Assembly (NCBI GenBank): GCA_038087875.1
Contig: CM075985.1
Location: 17,298,001 to 17,362,000 of the forward strand
Direction of reading: 5' to 3'
From: Malacoraja senta
Lineage: Eukaryota
Length of the DNA: 64,000 nucleotides
This document shows, piece after piece, positions 49,669 to 63,130 of the stretch (positions are counted from its first letter, which is position 1; every line of letters starts with the position of its first letter). The notes under the pieces are model-generated. The model saw only the letters and a list, made by a program, of their open reading frames with translations, had not been told where the DNA came from and made no database searches. Made by a program: the position numbers and the translations under genes.

Positions 49669-49975
49669 ACAGGGCAGCACAGTGGCACAGCATTAGAGTG
49701 GCTGCCTTACAGTGCCGGAGACCCAGGTTCAATCCTGGCCATGGGTGCTGTCTGCACAACGTTTGTACGTTCTCCCTGTGATCGTGTGCGTTTTCTCTGG
49801 ATGCTCTGGTTTCTTCCCACATTCCAAAGACATGCAGGTTTGTAGGTTAATTGGCTTCTGCAAATTGTAAATTGTCTCTAGTGTGTTGGATAGTGCTAGT
49901 GTACGGGTTGATCGCTGGGGTCAGCGCGGACTAGGTGGGCTGAAGGGCACTGCATCTCGAAAGTCTAAAATCTAA
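49669..49975 (+). mobile_element. HE1-like V-SINE, full length
   Basis: A box TGGCACAG, B box GGTTCAATCC, V-domain. Confidence 0.88.
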
Positions 49976-50215
49976 AGGGTAGTTGTGAAGGTAAATATGA
50001 TAGTGGCGTTTAAGAGGCTTTTCGATAAGCACATGAAGATGGCATGGATAATGTGCAGGCAGATGAGATTAAGTTAGCTTGGCATCATGTTAAGCACAGA
50101 CATTATGGGCCGAGAGGTCTGTTCCTGAGATCAGAATGATTTAGCTTGGCAACATGTTCAGCACAGACATTGTAGGCTGAAGCGTCTCTTCCTGTGCTGT
50201 ACTGCTATATGTTCT
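49976..50215 (+). mobile_element. CR1 3' end with a locally duplicated terminal segment
   Basis: TTAGCTTGGCA.CATGTT..GCACAGACATT occurs twice (~50074 and ~50141). Confidence 0.65.
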
Positions 50216-50225
50216 AATAAGGTAC

Positions 50226-50535
50226 AGTGTTGGCACATTGGTGCAGTGGTAGAGTTGCTGCCTTACAGCACCAGAGATCCGAGTTCGATCCTGACCATGG
50301 GTGCTGTCTGTACAGAGTTTGTATGTTCTCCCCGTCTCGGCATAGGATTTCTCCGGGTGCTCCGGTTTCCTCCCACATTCCAAAGATGTATTAGATTGTA
50401 AATTAATTAGCTTTGGTAAAAAACAAATGTAAATTGTCCCTAGTGTGTAGAATAGTGTTAGTGTATGGAGTGATAGCAGGTCGTCGTGGAGTCGATCGGC
50501 TGATGGGCCTTTTTCCGTGCAGTATCTCGAATCTC
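50226..50535 (+). mobile_element. HE1-like V-SINE, full length
   Basis: TGGTGCAGTGG A box, AGTTCGATCC B box, V-domain. Confidence 0.88.
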
Positions 50536-51052
50536 TACCTTTGTCCGGTCTCGTACTAAAAGCGGAATGAGGTGAATGGGAAATGGCCATTTGTGGGATT
50601 AAAGCAGTTTATTTACCCATGATGCGTAACTCTGTTACTAACTGCATCGTCCAAGTCAATGGCGACTACCTGATGAGCGACTCTGAGAACGTACATTTTG
50701 TGTACGCACCATTGTCCTGAGGATGAGCAGCATCGTCCGTGGCTTTGTCTGCCACACAGCTGCTGCTTTGCACTTCCCTGGCATGTTCATTAGCAGAGCA
50801 GACTTCTGGGCACCAACAAGGTAAATAAATCTCTGTGTAATGGCTGTCTCCAACTAATTCACTGGCATCTTCAAGCTGGTAATGAAACACTTGATCCCAA
50901 AGTCCCAACAGAAACAGTGTAGGCATTAATGAGAAATGTTCTGTTAATCCTTCGCATATTTGGCAATGGGGTTCTGGCTCTTTCTCCAGTGTCATGAAGC
51001 CTGGTTGCATAGTTGTAGAAAGGTTAGTATCAGTCTTTGTTGTTCCTTCTCC

Positions 51053-51211
51053 TTAGAAACATTGAAAAATAGGTGTAGGAGTAGGCCATTAAGCCGTTTG
51101 AGCCAGCACTGCCATTCAATATGATCATGGCTGATCATCTAAGAACCCCATTCCTGCTGTTTCCCCATATCCCTTGATTTCTTTAGCCCTAAGAGCTAAA
51201 TCTAACTCTCT
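51053..51211 (-). mobile_element. CR1 3' terminus
   Basis: Antisense tail and terminal hairpin. Confidence 0.8.
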
Positions 51212-51844
51212 TCCTGCCTTTCTTCCATGTTATCCACTCCTGGATAAAATAAAAGTTCAGGATTTTCTTTCACAGATCACTTGGGATACAACTGTTATGA
51301 TGGAATCCATGATTATACATGAGTGGAGCCTTATTTATCTATTTTTATTACTTCCCATAAATGATAGTCAGATTTTCTGTAGCACGTTGGAAAAAAGAAC
51401 AATGATAATGAGACTCAGTAGGACATATCTTTGTCCATGTTTGAATGGCGTTTAATAGTTGTGACCCTCTTCTGTGAAATATCTCCTTGTTCCATGAAAA
51501 GTACGACATTCTTTGGTACACATACAATATCAACACTGCCCATATGATTTTTGCATCCTTTACAACTTTCATTCAGTATGAGCAGAAGTGAACCTGTGAA
51601 TGTTGTCTTTAGTAGCAGCTTATTCAAGCTTGCCATGTCTTGCAGCTTTTGCACATGCAGAGTGAGAAGCGTGATGGAGACCACATCCAGAATGTGAAAT
51701 GTGAAAGAGAAGCATTCAAACATCCTGGGAGTAAATAACACTTTCAAACTTTGCTGCTGTGCAGCTTTTCATGGATGAGTCTTTGGTGGCAATGTTAGAA
51801 TCACCTGTGAATATTCAAATCACTACATTTTGTTTAGTTTAGCT

Positions 51845-52490
51845 TGATGCAGCTGAACAAGTCTTTGATAAGACCACACTTGGAGTATTGTGTGCAGTTT
51901 TGGTCGCCCAGCTATAGGAAGAATGCCATTAAATTGGAAAATATGCAGAAAAGATTCATCAGGATGTTACCTGGACTTGAGAGCTTGAGTCATAGGGAGG
52001 TTGGGACCTTTTTCCTTTGGTGTAGAAAGCTGAGTGACTTTACAGATGTGTACAAGATTATTAGGTTCATGGATAAAGTGAATCCTCATAGTTTTTTTAA
52101 GGCATTGGAGCAGAATTAGGCCATTCGAGTCTATTCCGTCATTCAATCATTGCTGATGATGACACCCTTACTAATCAAGAACCTGTCAATCTCTGCTTTA
52201 AAAATATCCAATGACGGCCTCCACAGCCATCTGTGGCAGTGAATTGCACAGATTCACCACCATCTGGCTGAAGATATTCCTCCTCATCTCCTTTCTAAAG
52301 GTACGTCCTTTTACTCTGAGGCTGTGCCCTCAGGTCTTAAACTCTCCCACTAGTGGAAACATCCTCTCCACAACCATTCTATCCAGGCCTTTCATTATTT
52401 GGTAGGTTTCAATGAGATTCCCCTCTTTATCCCAGAGTAGAGAATTTTAAAAGTAGATGGTCTGTTTCCAAGTTGTTTAGCTCTATGACC
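51845..52490. mobile_element. CR1 (+) fragment with a nested CR1 (-) fragment at ~52100-52425
   Basis: [15 protein letters not shown] on +. Antisense GAATTAGGCCATTCG...CACAGATTCACCAC inside it. Confidence 0.75.
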
Positions 52491-53376
52491 CAATGATTCT
52501 AGTAAATGGAAAATAAATCCAAAATCAGTCAATCAACAAAATCTTGAAATATCAATGCTTGGTTGTTTAAATTTAATTTCACATTTCCCTTAACCGTTCA
52601 TGTATGTCTATTTCCCCACAAAAATGATTGTTACTGGGTGTAAATTATGGAAAATGCAAATAATTGCTTTATTCTCTCATATAAAAAAAATTCTGAGAAT
52701 TGTGGTTAGAAATTATGTGAATACTGAAAAGGATGGTGCAAAAAGTAATCAAGGAAGTTAATGATCATCTTACATCAATGCTTGTGGTTAGGAGGTGCCT
52801 GGGTGCTGTCTTTTCCAATGCAGATATTGGTTGGGATTTTCCTTAAGGAGGTTGGAATGCCAAAGTGCGAATGTCATGCTTGAATTGCACAGACTTGTAC
52901 AGATCCCATTTGGAATACCTCATTCTATTTTTGGTATCAACTTACAAAAGTATCCAAAACTATAAATACTGGAAATCTGAAATATTAACAGAAAATGCTG
53001 GAAATGTTGAGCCATTGTCCGTGGGAATGCAAACCAGATGAGTACCATCCTTAATGCTGAGAAATGTTGATTCCTGATAAAAGTTTTATTCTCTGTGCGG
53101 CAGATACCTTTTTTTCCATTGGGAAATTGACAATAGTATTGGTCTATCACCATGGCTTCTGACACTTTGAATTACTTTAAAGAAATTGTTCGAATGAAGA
53201 GAGAGATATTGTGCATCAATGAATTGTGTAGCAGTATGATGCTGGTCCAGAAATAAAATGTATACACTCACATTTATGTTATACACTCACATTTATTGTT
53301 ATGTCTCACCAAAAGGTTCTTGCCAGCAACCAACACTGTACAACATTAACTACTACCTCAGCAAATATGATCTTTA

Positions 53377-53540
53377 GACATAGAGTCATCCAGTCATCCA
53401 GCACGGAAACAACAGGCACTTCATCCCTACTTGTCCATGCCGAGCAGCTGCCCTATTTACATCAGTCCCACTTGCCTTGTTTGGTCCATAGTCCTTTAAA
53501 CCTTTCCTATCTATGTACCTGTCCACGTTTTTTTTAAAAT
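53377..53540 (-). mobile_element. CR1 3' terminus
   Basis: DRYIDRKGLKDYGPN on the minus strand, with tail. Confidence 0.75.
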
Positions 53541-55374
53541 GCACATCCATGGACTTTGTTTTTGGCTGCACTATGGACTTTGGGTTTGCACTATTTTAAT
53601 TATCTTGCATTACTGATTATTAATCCATTTTGTTATTGATTATTGTACATTTATTTGTGTTATTGTGCTAATTGGCCTGTTAGACTATAGCATGTAAAAT
53701 GCCATTGTTCTGTTGCCTGTACATATGACAATTAAACAGCCTTGACTCTTTTGAAAAGGAATACAAATATCTGTTGAGAAACACACTCGTTAACTACAGT
53801 CGATAAAACATCAGTGGAAATATTTCACAATCTGGAATAGAATGGTCGAAGCAAACAACGGTAAGAACTACTTTCATAAGAGAATTTTATAAAATACTGA
53901 AAGGGAAACATTTATAGGACTATTGGGAAAAGGCAGTCTCATTTACAATATAGTGAATGGTCTCATTCAGTGCTATGTGATTCTGACATTGTGTTAAAAA
54001 TTTGTCTTCAGCTTTTTGAGCTGAAATTGTAGTAAAGGCGAACAAGCTTGGTGATTTGCTCTGGAATGGGAGTACATTTTGGATGCAGAGAACATGCATA
54101 ACTACCACAATATTGTGCAGTAATACAGGAGACCAAGGAAGAAATTGTATTAAATGATTCATCATTGAATATCATTTCTGTAATGCTGTTAATAATCCAG
54201 GAATTTCCACACTCAATGGATGTTATTATTTCACAGAGGGAACTTTACTACAATTCATTAATCAGGGTGCTTAGGTTGGACAGAAAGGTGACATTAAAAA
54301 AAAAACGTAAGACCGAAGCCCACTACACTTTGTGTCCACCCATTTTTGGCTTTAATAGAGCAACAACGTACATTAATGACCAATACATGCAACATGATTC
54401 AACATCAAAAGCTTTCATATGGTCAGTCATGTTTCTCAGCCAGTTGGAATCCTGACCTTTGTAAATAAATCTGGATCTAAAAAATGAATGCATTTGCAAC
54501 TTTGCTTTTGGGCCAAGAGGGGCAGGAATTGTTCCTGACAACATAAGAAGCACCTTTCCCTTTACCGTGTATCTACACTGCGGATGGCTTGATTGTAATA
54601 ATGTATTGTCTTTCTGTTGACTGGTTAGCATGCAATGAAAGCTTTTCACTGTACCCCGGTGCACATGACAATAAACTAAACTCAATTCTGTAAACCCTCC
54701 ATCAGATAATCCACCTCCATGGTTACTGGATTTCCCACTCTCTCTACTGCTTGTGATCTCAGATGCCCCTGTCTTTCATGAACAATATACATTTTTTTTG
54801 TGAAGACCAATACAGGCTCCCCATGCTGACGATGTTTCCACTTCCAAAACCCTGGACCAGCATCTACCCTCCCCTCACTCAGTGCCAACTGATGAACCTC
54901 TCCTTTTCTCTCATTACCCCTTCATTGCTTCTCCCCACGCATGGATCCACCTGCACCTTTGCTGAAGTCTTGTGTAGTCCATCAGGCTGAGTGGGCAGCA
55001 GCAAACCCAAGGGAAAACAATATGTGCTTCCAGGTTTCCTGTCCACCCTCCCTATCTACTGTTCAGACACACGATTCAGTAAATAACAGGACCATGACCA
55101 TGCTTGTGAAGCACAGACCACCCAACAATATCCAGGTAAAAATCACACTGTTCAACAAATAGGTTCAGCAAAGTATTTTATGCAAACTAATCCTACTTTA
55201 TGTGATTCTATGTGTAGACAGTGCACGATTATATCTTATGGAACTTATTTTGCTTTGTGCTTTTGGAGTTTAATACTTTCTTCTTCAATTTAAAAAAGAT
55301 GAAATTTCATGTAAATGTAAAAATGTAAAATATGAAATTCTATATGATTTTTAAATTTGAATATGATTTAACAC

Positions 55375-56080
55375 ACAACATCATAGGAACAGGATCATCA
55401 GCTCACAATGTCTGTGCTGAACATGATGCCAAGACAAACTCTTATTTGCCTGCACATAATCCATATCCCTCCATTCCTCTTCAAAAGTCTCCTAAAATGA
55501 CTATTGTATTTCCTCATCTCAGTCCTAAATGGCCTACCCCTTATTCTTAAACTGTGACCCCTGGTTCTGGACTCCCCCAACATCGGGAACATTTTACCTG
55601 CATCTAGCCTGTCAAATCCCCTCTCATCCTTCTAAATTCCAGTGAATATAAGCCCAGTTAATCCATTTTATCATCATAAGTTAGTCCCGCCATCCCGGGA
55701 ATTAACCTGGTGAACCTACATTACACTCCCTCAATAGGAAGAATGTCCTTCCTCAAATTAGGAGACTAAAACTGCACACAATACTCCAGGTGTGATCTCA
55801 CCAGGGCCCTGTACAACTGCAGTAGGACCTCCTTGCTCCTATACTCAAATCCTCTCACTATGAAGGCCAACATGACATTTGCTTTCTTCACAACCTGCTG
55901 TACCTGCATGCTTACTTTCAGTGACTGATATACAAGCACACCCAGGCCTCGTTGCACCTCCCCTTTTCCTAATCTGACACCATTCAGATAATAATCTGCC
56001 TTCTTGTTCTTGCCACCAAAGTGGATAATTGTGAATAACTGGGATCCCAACACTGAGTCGTGCGGCACCCCACTAGTCAC
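55375..56080 (-). mobile_element. CR1 fragments (two families, with internal deletion)
   Basis: TSGVPHDSVLG joined directly to IHFGGKN. LEYCVQF and MLGESRTRGH also present. Confidence 0.85.
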
Positions 56081-57269
56081 ATTCTGCCATTGGATTCATA
56101 TTTTAATTAGTTTCACACTCTGTTTAAAAACTGTTTTAGTTTTTGTATTCGTGGCATAATTTCTAATTTATATTTTAGAGAAAATGGTAATAAAATAAAG
56201 CTTCAATCCTGAAAGGTAAGAAGCAATTTTTCTCCAGTGGGTTATTAAAAGATAAGTGACTTTCAGTCCACTGCCACACTGCATTGTTATAGTCTTAAAT
56301 AGGGTCATCAATGCATTTGTGTTATATTTCTAATGCTCAATTCTCCTTATTCTCTGTACTCTCTGTTCTTCATTTCCCTTGCTCTTTGATATTTCTCATT
56401 TTAATTGCCATTTCTTTTATAAGAAACACGACAGTTAAGTCATTGGCACGTTTGAATGGCTTTTGTATTTATGTCTGAGTTACTTCCCTAATATCACTGT
56501 GGTTTTTGTATTGAAATAGCCCATGTGGACACATGGCTTATGGATGACCAAATATTACCCAGTTGTTAAACTATCCAAACATAACAACAGCTATGAGTTT
56601 TATGCATTGCCCATTTGTGCAAGAATATTAGAACCTGATACAATTTCATCTATTAACATACATTTTAACTTTAATGTCCTACTTTAGGAAATTAAATGCT
56701 ACAGCTAATTGTTATGTTGCTGGATCCTTTTAACGATCGTATCTAAAAATTGTAATTGAGTATGAATTGAATGGTTTAGATTGCTTTAACATAAAATTGT
56801 AGTATTTTGCAGCATTTGAACAGAAGTTCCATTTTGAGGTGCTATATTAATATAGACATGTAAACACCATACAATTTCATCCTCTACTATGTTGTAATGA
56901 ATTGTTAAACCTTAATACGTAAACTCTCATATTTAATTCAAGTAACAAGCCGATCTCATGTCTGATAATACTGTTTTACAGGATATATTTACCCCTCTGA
57001 GAGGTAGCTGTCTATCATTTGCATGCTAAACCATTGCAACCCAGATAACCACACACAAAGAAAGGAAACAAGAAAAGGGAAGTGGGAGAATGGAACAGCT
57101 TCTGTGGTTTCAAGAGTTAAAGTTAAAAAAATTACATTTAAACAGAATGTTTACTGTAGCAATTTGTGACAGGATGCCTGGATATAATAGGCCTGGCTTT
57201 AAAGCAAGTGGTAAAGGAATCACATTCTCCAGTTATCTAAGAACTGTTTGCAAATTTGAGATCTATCTT

Positions 57270-57372
57270 TAAGTTTAGTTTAGAGATACAGTGCGGAAAC
57301 AGGCCCTTAGGTCTAGCGAGTTTGGCGCCGACCAGCGATCCCCGCACATTAGCACTACCCTACACGCACTAG
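57270..57372 (-). mobile_element. V-SINE 3' fragment
   Basis: TTTAGTTTAGAGATACAG...GACCAGCGATCCCCG. Confidence 0.75.
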
Positions 57373-57574
57373 GGCCGAATGGTCTGTTTTGCATGTTGTA
57401 TGACTTTATGACTTTAAGTGAGAACATTATGGTAATTATGGCACTCAAGTTATTTTATCAAAATATGACAATAAACACAACAAATTACAGTTGGTTTATT
57501 CGTTGAAAATGGGAAAGAGTTGGTTCATGTTATCTTTGTTGAAGGTTTAGTTTACTTGCTAAGGTCCATCATAG

Positions 57575-57900
57575 TTGAGAAAGGATGAAACAGCTGAGAG
57601 GACAATAAAGAGATTGGGCGAGGGTAGAGCAGCAGAAGAGAGGATCCAGAAGAGGGGGGAGCAGCGAAGGTATGAAGGAAGAGAGGGAAGCAGAGAGGCA
57701 AGCGAAGGGATAGAGAGAAGATGGAAACAGCAGAGAGGGAATCCGGGAGGGGAGCAAAGAAGTGCAGTAGAGAAGGCGAGCACGGAGGGAGCAGAGAGTG
57801 GAGCTGGTGGGGAAGAGGAGTGGGGAGGGAGCAGCAGGCCGAGGGAACAGTCAATTGCAGGTCAGGGAAGGAAGCAGATTCCAAAGTAGGAGAGGAGAGC
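57575..57900 (+). repeat. GA-rich low-complexity tract
   Basis: Strong purine skew over ~325 nt. Confidence 0.75.
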
Positions 57901-58005
57901 AGCATATGAGTAACGGAGCCACAAAGTGCTGGAGTAACTCAGCTGGTCTGGCAGCATCTCTGGAGCACATCTCTGGCAGCAGGGAGCCTCAGCTCTATCA
58001 ACAGC

Positions 58006-58575
58006 TCATAGAGTGATACAGCGTGGAAACAGGCCCTTTGGCCCAACTTGCCCACATCGATCAACATTTCCCAGCTACACTAGTCCCACCTGCCTGTGAT
58101 TGGCCCATATCCCGCTAAACCTGTACTATCCATGCCCCAATCTAATTGTTTCTTAAAGGTTGTGATAGTCCCTGCCTTAACTACCTCCTCTGGCAGTTTG
58201 TTCCATAACCCACCACCCTTTGTGTGAAAAAATTACCCCTCAGATTCCTATTAAATCTTTTCCCTTTCACCTTAAACCTATATCATATGGTCCTTGATTC
58301 CCCTTCTCTGTGCGTCTACCGGATCTATTCCTCTCATGATTTTATACACCTCTATGAGATCACCCCTGAGCTCCAAGGAACACAGCCTACTCAACCTCTT
58401 CCTATAGCTCAGACCCTCGAATCCTGGCAACATCCTTGTAAATCTTCTCTGTACCCTTTCCATCTTGACAACATCTTTCCAGAACTGAACACAATACTCT
58501 AAATGTGATCTCACCAACTCCTTATATAGCTGCAACATGACCTTCCAACTTCTATCTTAATACTCTGACTGATCA
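58006..58575 (-). mobile_element. CR1 3' fragment
   Basis: [19 protein letters not shown]...RRFTRMLPG. Confidence 0.88.
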
Positions 58576-58706
58576 ACTATCAAAATCACCAATGCCCTCT
58601 ACCTATTGGCTTCAGACTGCTCCTGGGTTGTGCAGCAGGAATTTGTCGGATTTCCAAGTAAGAGGTTCACAAACACATTGGGCAGACAGATTGCTCTCAA
58701 CGTTTG

Positions 58707-58891
58707 TAAGAAAGAACTGCAGATGCTGGTTTAAATCGAAGAAAGACACAAAATGCTGAAGTAAGTCAGCGGGTGAGGCAGCATCTCGGGAGAGAAGGAA
58801 TGGGCGATGTCTCGACCCGAAAATTCACCCGTTCCTTCTCTCCAGAGATGCTGCCTCACCCGCTGAGTTACTCCAGCATTTTGTGTCTACC
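58707..58891. mobile_element. Fold-back Penelope-like element
   Basis: Inverted arms. Degenerate TSD TTGCTCTCAACGTTTG / TTGCTTTCAACTTTG. Confidence 0.85.
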
Positions 58892-59495
58892 TTGCTTTCA
58901 ACTTTGCCAGTGATAGAACCAGTCAAAATGAGCAAACGCTTGGCTTTGTGGCTTTGGCTGGCTTCCCACAAGTGTGGAGCTTCATTGAATGTAGCATGTG
59001 CCAATCTGGCAATCTGGCCAACCCAACATCAAACAGGAATAATCTTCAACCACATCAATGTGCCACTAGTGTGTAACCACAGAAAGATTTCTGCAAGGCT
59101 GTGCCAGATTTATGGTGAGCTTTTATCTGTTTATTAATAGCCTGAATTTATTCTCCACATTTATTATATGTTCTGACCACTACGGTTTACAACAGAACAG
59201 AGACCCTGCTAAGAACTTGCCACTGTTTAGTGGTGATAGAGTGTGGCTGCAATAAAGTCTCGACCCGAAACGTCACCCATTCCTTCTCTCCAGAGATGCT
59301 GCCTGTCCTGCTGAGTTACTGCAGCAGTTTGTGTCTATCTTTGATTTAAACCTGCATCTGCAGTTCCTTCCTAAACATTGTTTGATAGGAAATTGGGTTC
59401 TAATATTCCACTCCAAATAAGCTCTGAACTACATAGACTTGGGGACATTGGTTTTGTCTTTTTGCTCTATTATTGTGTGTTTTTAAATGTACCGT

Positions 59496-59521
59496 ATGTG
59501 TGTGTGTGTATAAATACTGTA

Positions 59522-59600
<79 letters not shown>

Positions 59601-59650
59601 TACAGTATACGTCACACATTTAAAAAAATGTGTACACACACATATATATG
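59496..59650. repeat. Compound (TG)n(TA)n(CA)n microsatellite, palindromic
   Basis: Read directly from the sequence. Confidence 0.95.
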
Positions 59651-61114
59651 AACTTTTTTTTCTAGTATATGATATTGTTTAGTGTACTATGTTTACATAT
59701 TGTTGTGCTGCTGTAAGCAAGAAGTTCATTGTTCTATCTGGGACGTATGCCAATAAAACACACTTGACTTTCTTTACCCCTACACAACTGTGAATGAATG
59801 TGGGAAGCATTGAGAAATCCGGGAGCTTCTATCTCTTCTAAGGTTGTGGCTTGGAAGACGAAATGAAAATTGAGTCAAAGGGTAAAAAATATATATTTTA
59901 TGCAACATCCATAGAGACTGCTAAATAGCCATACTAATTCAACTAATTTAATGCAAATTTATTGATGCCAAAGTGGGACAAATCAATTTTGGTTAGAACA
60001 TAAAGTGCTGGATTAACTTGGTGGGTCAGGCAACATCTTTGGAGGACATGGACAGGTGACGTATTGGGTCGGGACCCTTCTTCAGACTGATTGTAGTTGA
60101 GGGGCGGAAGCTGGAAGAGAGGTGGGGATGTGACAAAGCCAGGCAAGTGATAGGTGTATACAGGTGAGGGATTTGATTGGCAGATTGGTGGACAAAAGCT
60201 GGGGTAAAAATGAGTCAAAAGATGACAAAAGGGGACAGAAGAAGCCTAAAGACTGTAGATCTAATTTTTACTCCATTCTCAATTTGTTGGGTAGGTATTT
60301 GTGCTTCCTGTGAAAGCAAATTTCCGTTACCTGAACTAATATAACAAGAGAGTTGCCCATATCCTACAGTAATAGGATATGCAGATGTTTGAAGAGATAA
60401 CAATATATATATTTTATTATGTTTGCTGGTTAGTAAGTCGTCAATGAATAAAGCCAAGCATGCTCGTAGGTCAGTGCATTGGAAATATTTAAGCAGATTG
60501 GCAAAAATTATTGTTGACTCAGCTAACAACACCAAATAAAATTAGCGCTATTTGGCAAACAGCATGAGTCTCGGCTCTGATGCTCACAAGGAATTAAATC
60601 CAAGTGTATTTGGTCATAAAGAAAGAATTTGCATTAACAAAGAGCTATCAGCACGTCAGGGCTAAAGCACTGCACAGCTTTGCGTGGGCTTTCAGACTTT
60701 AAAGCTTTCACAATTAATGTCTTGCAGCTACGGGCACAGTTACAACTTGTGCCTTCCTCAGGATAGGAGACCCGTTTCATCAAAAATGCTTCCATTCAGT
60801 TGCTTAATTGTACGGCTGCCCCAACGGATTTTCTAATAAGACGTCAGTTAATAGAGAATCCAATTTACCCCAGCAGCTCACAGATTTCATCTAATTGAAT
60901 CACAACTGCTTAGAGGTAGGCTACATTTTCCAGTCTTAATCCCGGCTGATGGTGCCAATGGAAATCATTCACATAATGTCAGAACACTATTGCACAGATG
61001 GATGTTTCCATGCTGGACCCTGGCATTGACTGTTTAATCATATGATGGAACTGGTGTTGGTCATTTATAGTTGGTATGTACCATATGGTCTGGGTATGAT
61101 TGTCCTTAATTAAC

Positions 61115-61440
61115 AGGGCCGCATGGTGGCAGTGTGGTAGAGTTGCTGCCATACAGTGTCAGAGACCCAGGTTCGATCCCGACTACAGGATCCTGTCTAT
61201 ACTGAGTTTGTATGTTCTCCCTGTGACCAAGTGCGTTTTCTCCGGGAGCTCTGGTTTCCTCCCACACTCCAAAAACGTAGAAGTTTGCAGGTTAATTGCC
61301 TTTGGTAAAAATTGTAAATTGTCCCTACTGTATAGGATAGTGTGAGTGCATGAGGATCGCTGGTCGGCGCGGACTCAGTGGGCCGAAGGCCATGTTTCCG
61401 CGCTGTATTTCTAAACTAAAAAATAAATGTAACTAAACGA
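61115..61440 (+). mobile_element. HE1-like V-SINE, full length
   Basis: A/B boxes, V-domain, CTAAA tail. Confidence 0.9.
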
Positions 61441-61529
61441 AATGCAAAGCAAATATGGAGCTGTATGATATGTTTTGTTAGTGATCCACAGGTTGACTCG
61501 GAATAACTAATAGGAATCTGCCGAAAGAA

Positions 61530-62770
61530 AATAGGAACTAGAGTGGGTCATTTGGCTCCTCAAGACTTCCCTACCTTTCAGTGTGATCATGGCTGATCAA
61601 CCACAGGCATCAGTTATTACATTCTGTCCCCCAATCTTTTAATCATTTATCCACCTCCACTCTGTCTAATGATCTTGCCTACAAAACTCTCTGGGATAGA
61701 GAATTACTGAAACTCATTATCCTCTGTTAGAATATCTATGGACCGTGACTTCAAATGACAAGCTCTTATTTTGAAAAACAACTCTCCACAGGAAAAACAT
61801 CTTCATATCTATCCTATTGAATCACCTTAGAATCTTATGGGCCTGTCCCACTTTTGCAATTTTTTTGGCGACTGTCAGAGTCGTAGCAGGTGACTGGACC
61901 CCCCCCTACGACAATGCCTACAACAACCTACCTCCTAGTCAACATCAAGCTACGGCAAGCTACCGACAACCGGCGACCATTAGGATGTACACCTACGACC
62001 ACACCTACGACAACCCACATCCACCCGCGACAAGCCACGACAAGGTAAGACAATTCAGTCGCCGGTTGACGTAGGTTAACGTAGGTTAACGTAGGTAGTC
62101 GCCAATGGAATTCACCGGTCAGCACCGGCGACAACCTACGTCATCCTTGCGGCAACCTACGTCATCCTGGCAACAACCTACGACAGCACCTGCGTTAGGC
62201 TACGATCGTTGGCGTCAAGCCCACGGGCGCCAACTGTCACCGAAAAGTTTTGAACATTTCAAAATCCAGCGGCAACCAGAAAAAAGGTACGACTCTTTGG
62301 ACGACTGAGGAGACCATACAGGCGACACCCCGGCGACCATGTGGCGACAGTCTAGTCGCCTAAAAAATCGCCAAGTGAGGCAGCGGCATTACATGGTTCA
62401 ATCAGATCTGCTTGCATTGTTCTAAACGCCAAAGAAAACAGACCCAAACGGTTTAACCTTTCTTGGATACAAAGTGCTGGAGTAACTCAGCAGGTCAGGC
62501 AACATCTCTGGAGAACATGGATAGGTGACATTTCACTTCGAGACCCTTTTCCAGACTTTTTAACGTCTCTTGATTGTACAATCCTCTTAACCAGGGAAAT
62601 AACCTGAAGAATTTCCCTTGGACTGGTTACAGTTCCTTAGGTAAGGGAACCAAAACTTGGTGCTGTATTCTAGGTGTGGTCTCACCAATAGTATAAATAT
62701 TATAACATTTCTCTCTTTCTAAATTCTAACCCCTTTGCAATAAAGGCCAAACGGCTATTTGCCTTCTAAA
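61530..62770 (-). mobile_element. Old CR1 fragment hosting a MITE and a Penelope-like fragment
   Basis: Antisense CR1 segments at 61530-61834, 62392-62460 and 62560-62770. Confidence 0.65.
61838..62388. mobile_element. PIF/Harbinger-type MITE (551 bp)
   Basis: Imperfect ~35-bp TIRs (TGGGCCTGTCCCACTT..TTTTTTGGCGACT / AGTCGCCTAAAAAATCGCCAAGTGAGGCAGCGGCA). TTA TSD at 61835-61837 / 62389-62391. No transposase ORF. Confidence 0.8.
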
Positions 62771-62942
62771 GTACTTGTCGCACCGGCCTGCCAAGTGTCA
62801 TACTTAAAAACACCTAGACTGGAAAGCAGTGACGGGATCGGTCAAAGTCAGCATGGATTTATGAAGGGGAAATCATGCTTGACTAATCTTTTGGAATTTT
62901 TTGAGGATGTAATGGATAAGAGAGAGCCAGTGGATGTAGTGT

Positions 62943-63130
62943 TTAAGAAAGAACTGCAGATGCTGGAAAAATCGAAGGTAGACAAAAATGCTGGAGAAAC
63001 TCAGCGGGTGAGGCAGCATCTTTGGAGCGAAATAATATGTGACGTTTCGGGTCGAGACCTGAAACGTCATCTATTCCTTCGCTCCATAGATGCTGCCTCA
63101 CCTGCAGAGTTTTCTCCAGCATTTTTGTCT
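62943..63130. mobile_element. Fold-back Penelope-like element nested in CR1
   Basis: Perfect 17-bp TSD GCCAGTGGATGTAGTGT (62926-62942 / 63131-63147). Confidence 0.92.

Noticed and set aside
49669-49745. tRNA genes at A/B-box motifs (also ~34380, 50240, 61125)
   Set aside because: These are SINE heads continuing into the V-domain and LINE-derived tail. No complete cloverleaf.
51690-51805. Possible short minus-strand exon (DSNIATKDSSMK...QDV*)
   Set aside because: Weak polypyrimidine tract, no homology, too short to support.
57552-58016. Multiple overlapping ORFs
   Set aside because: Stop-poor GA/CT low-complexity sequence.
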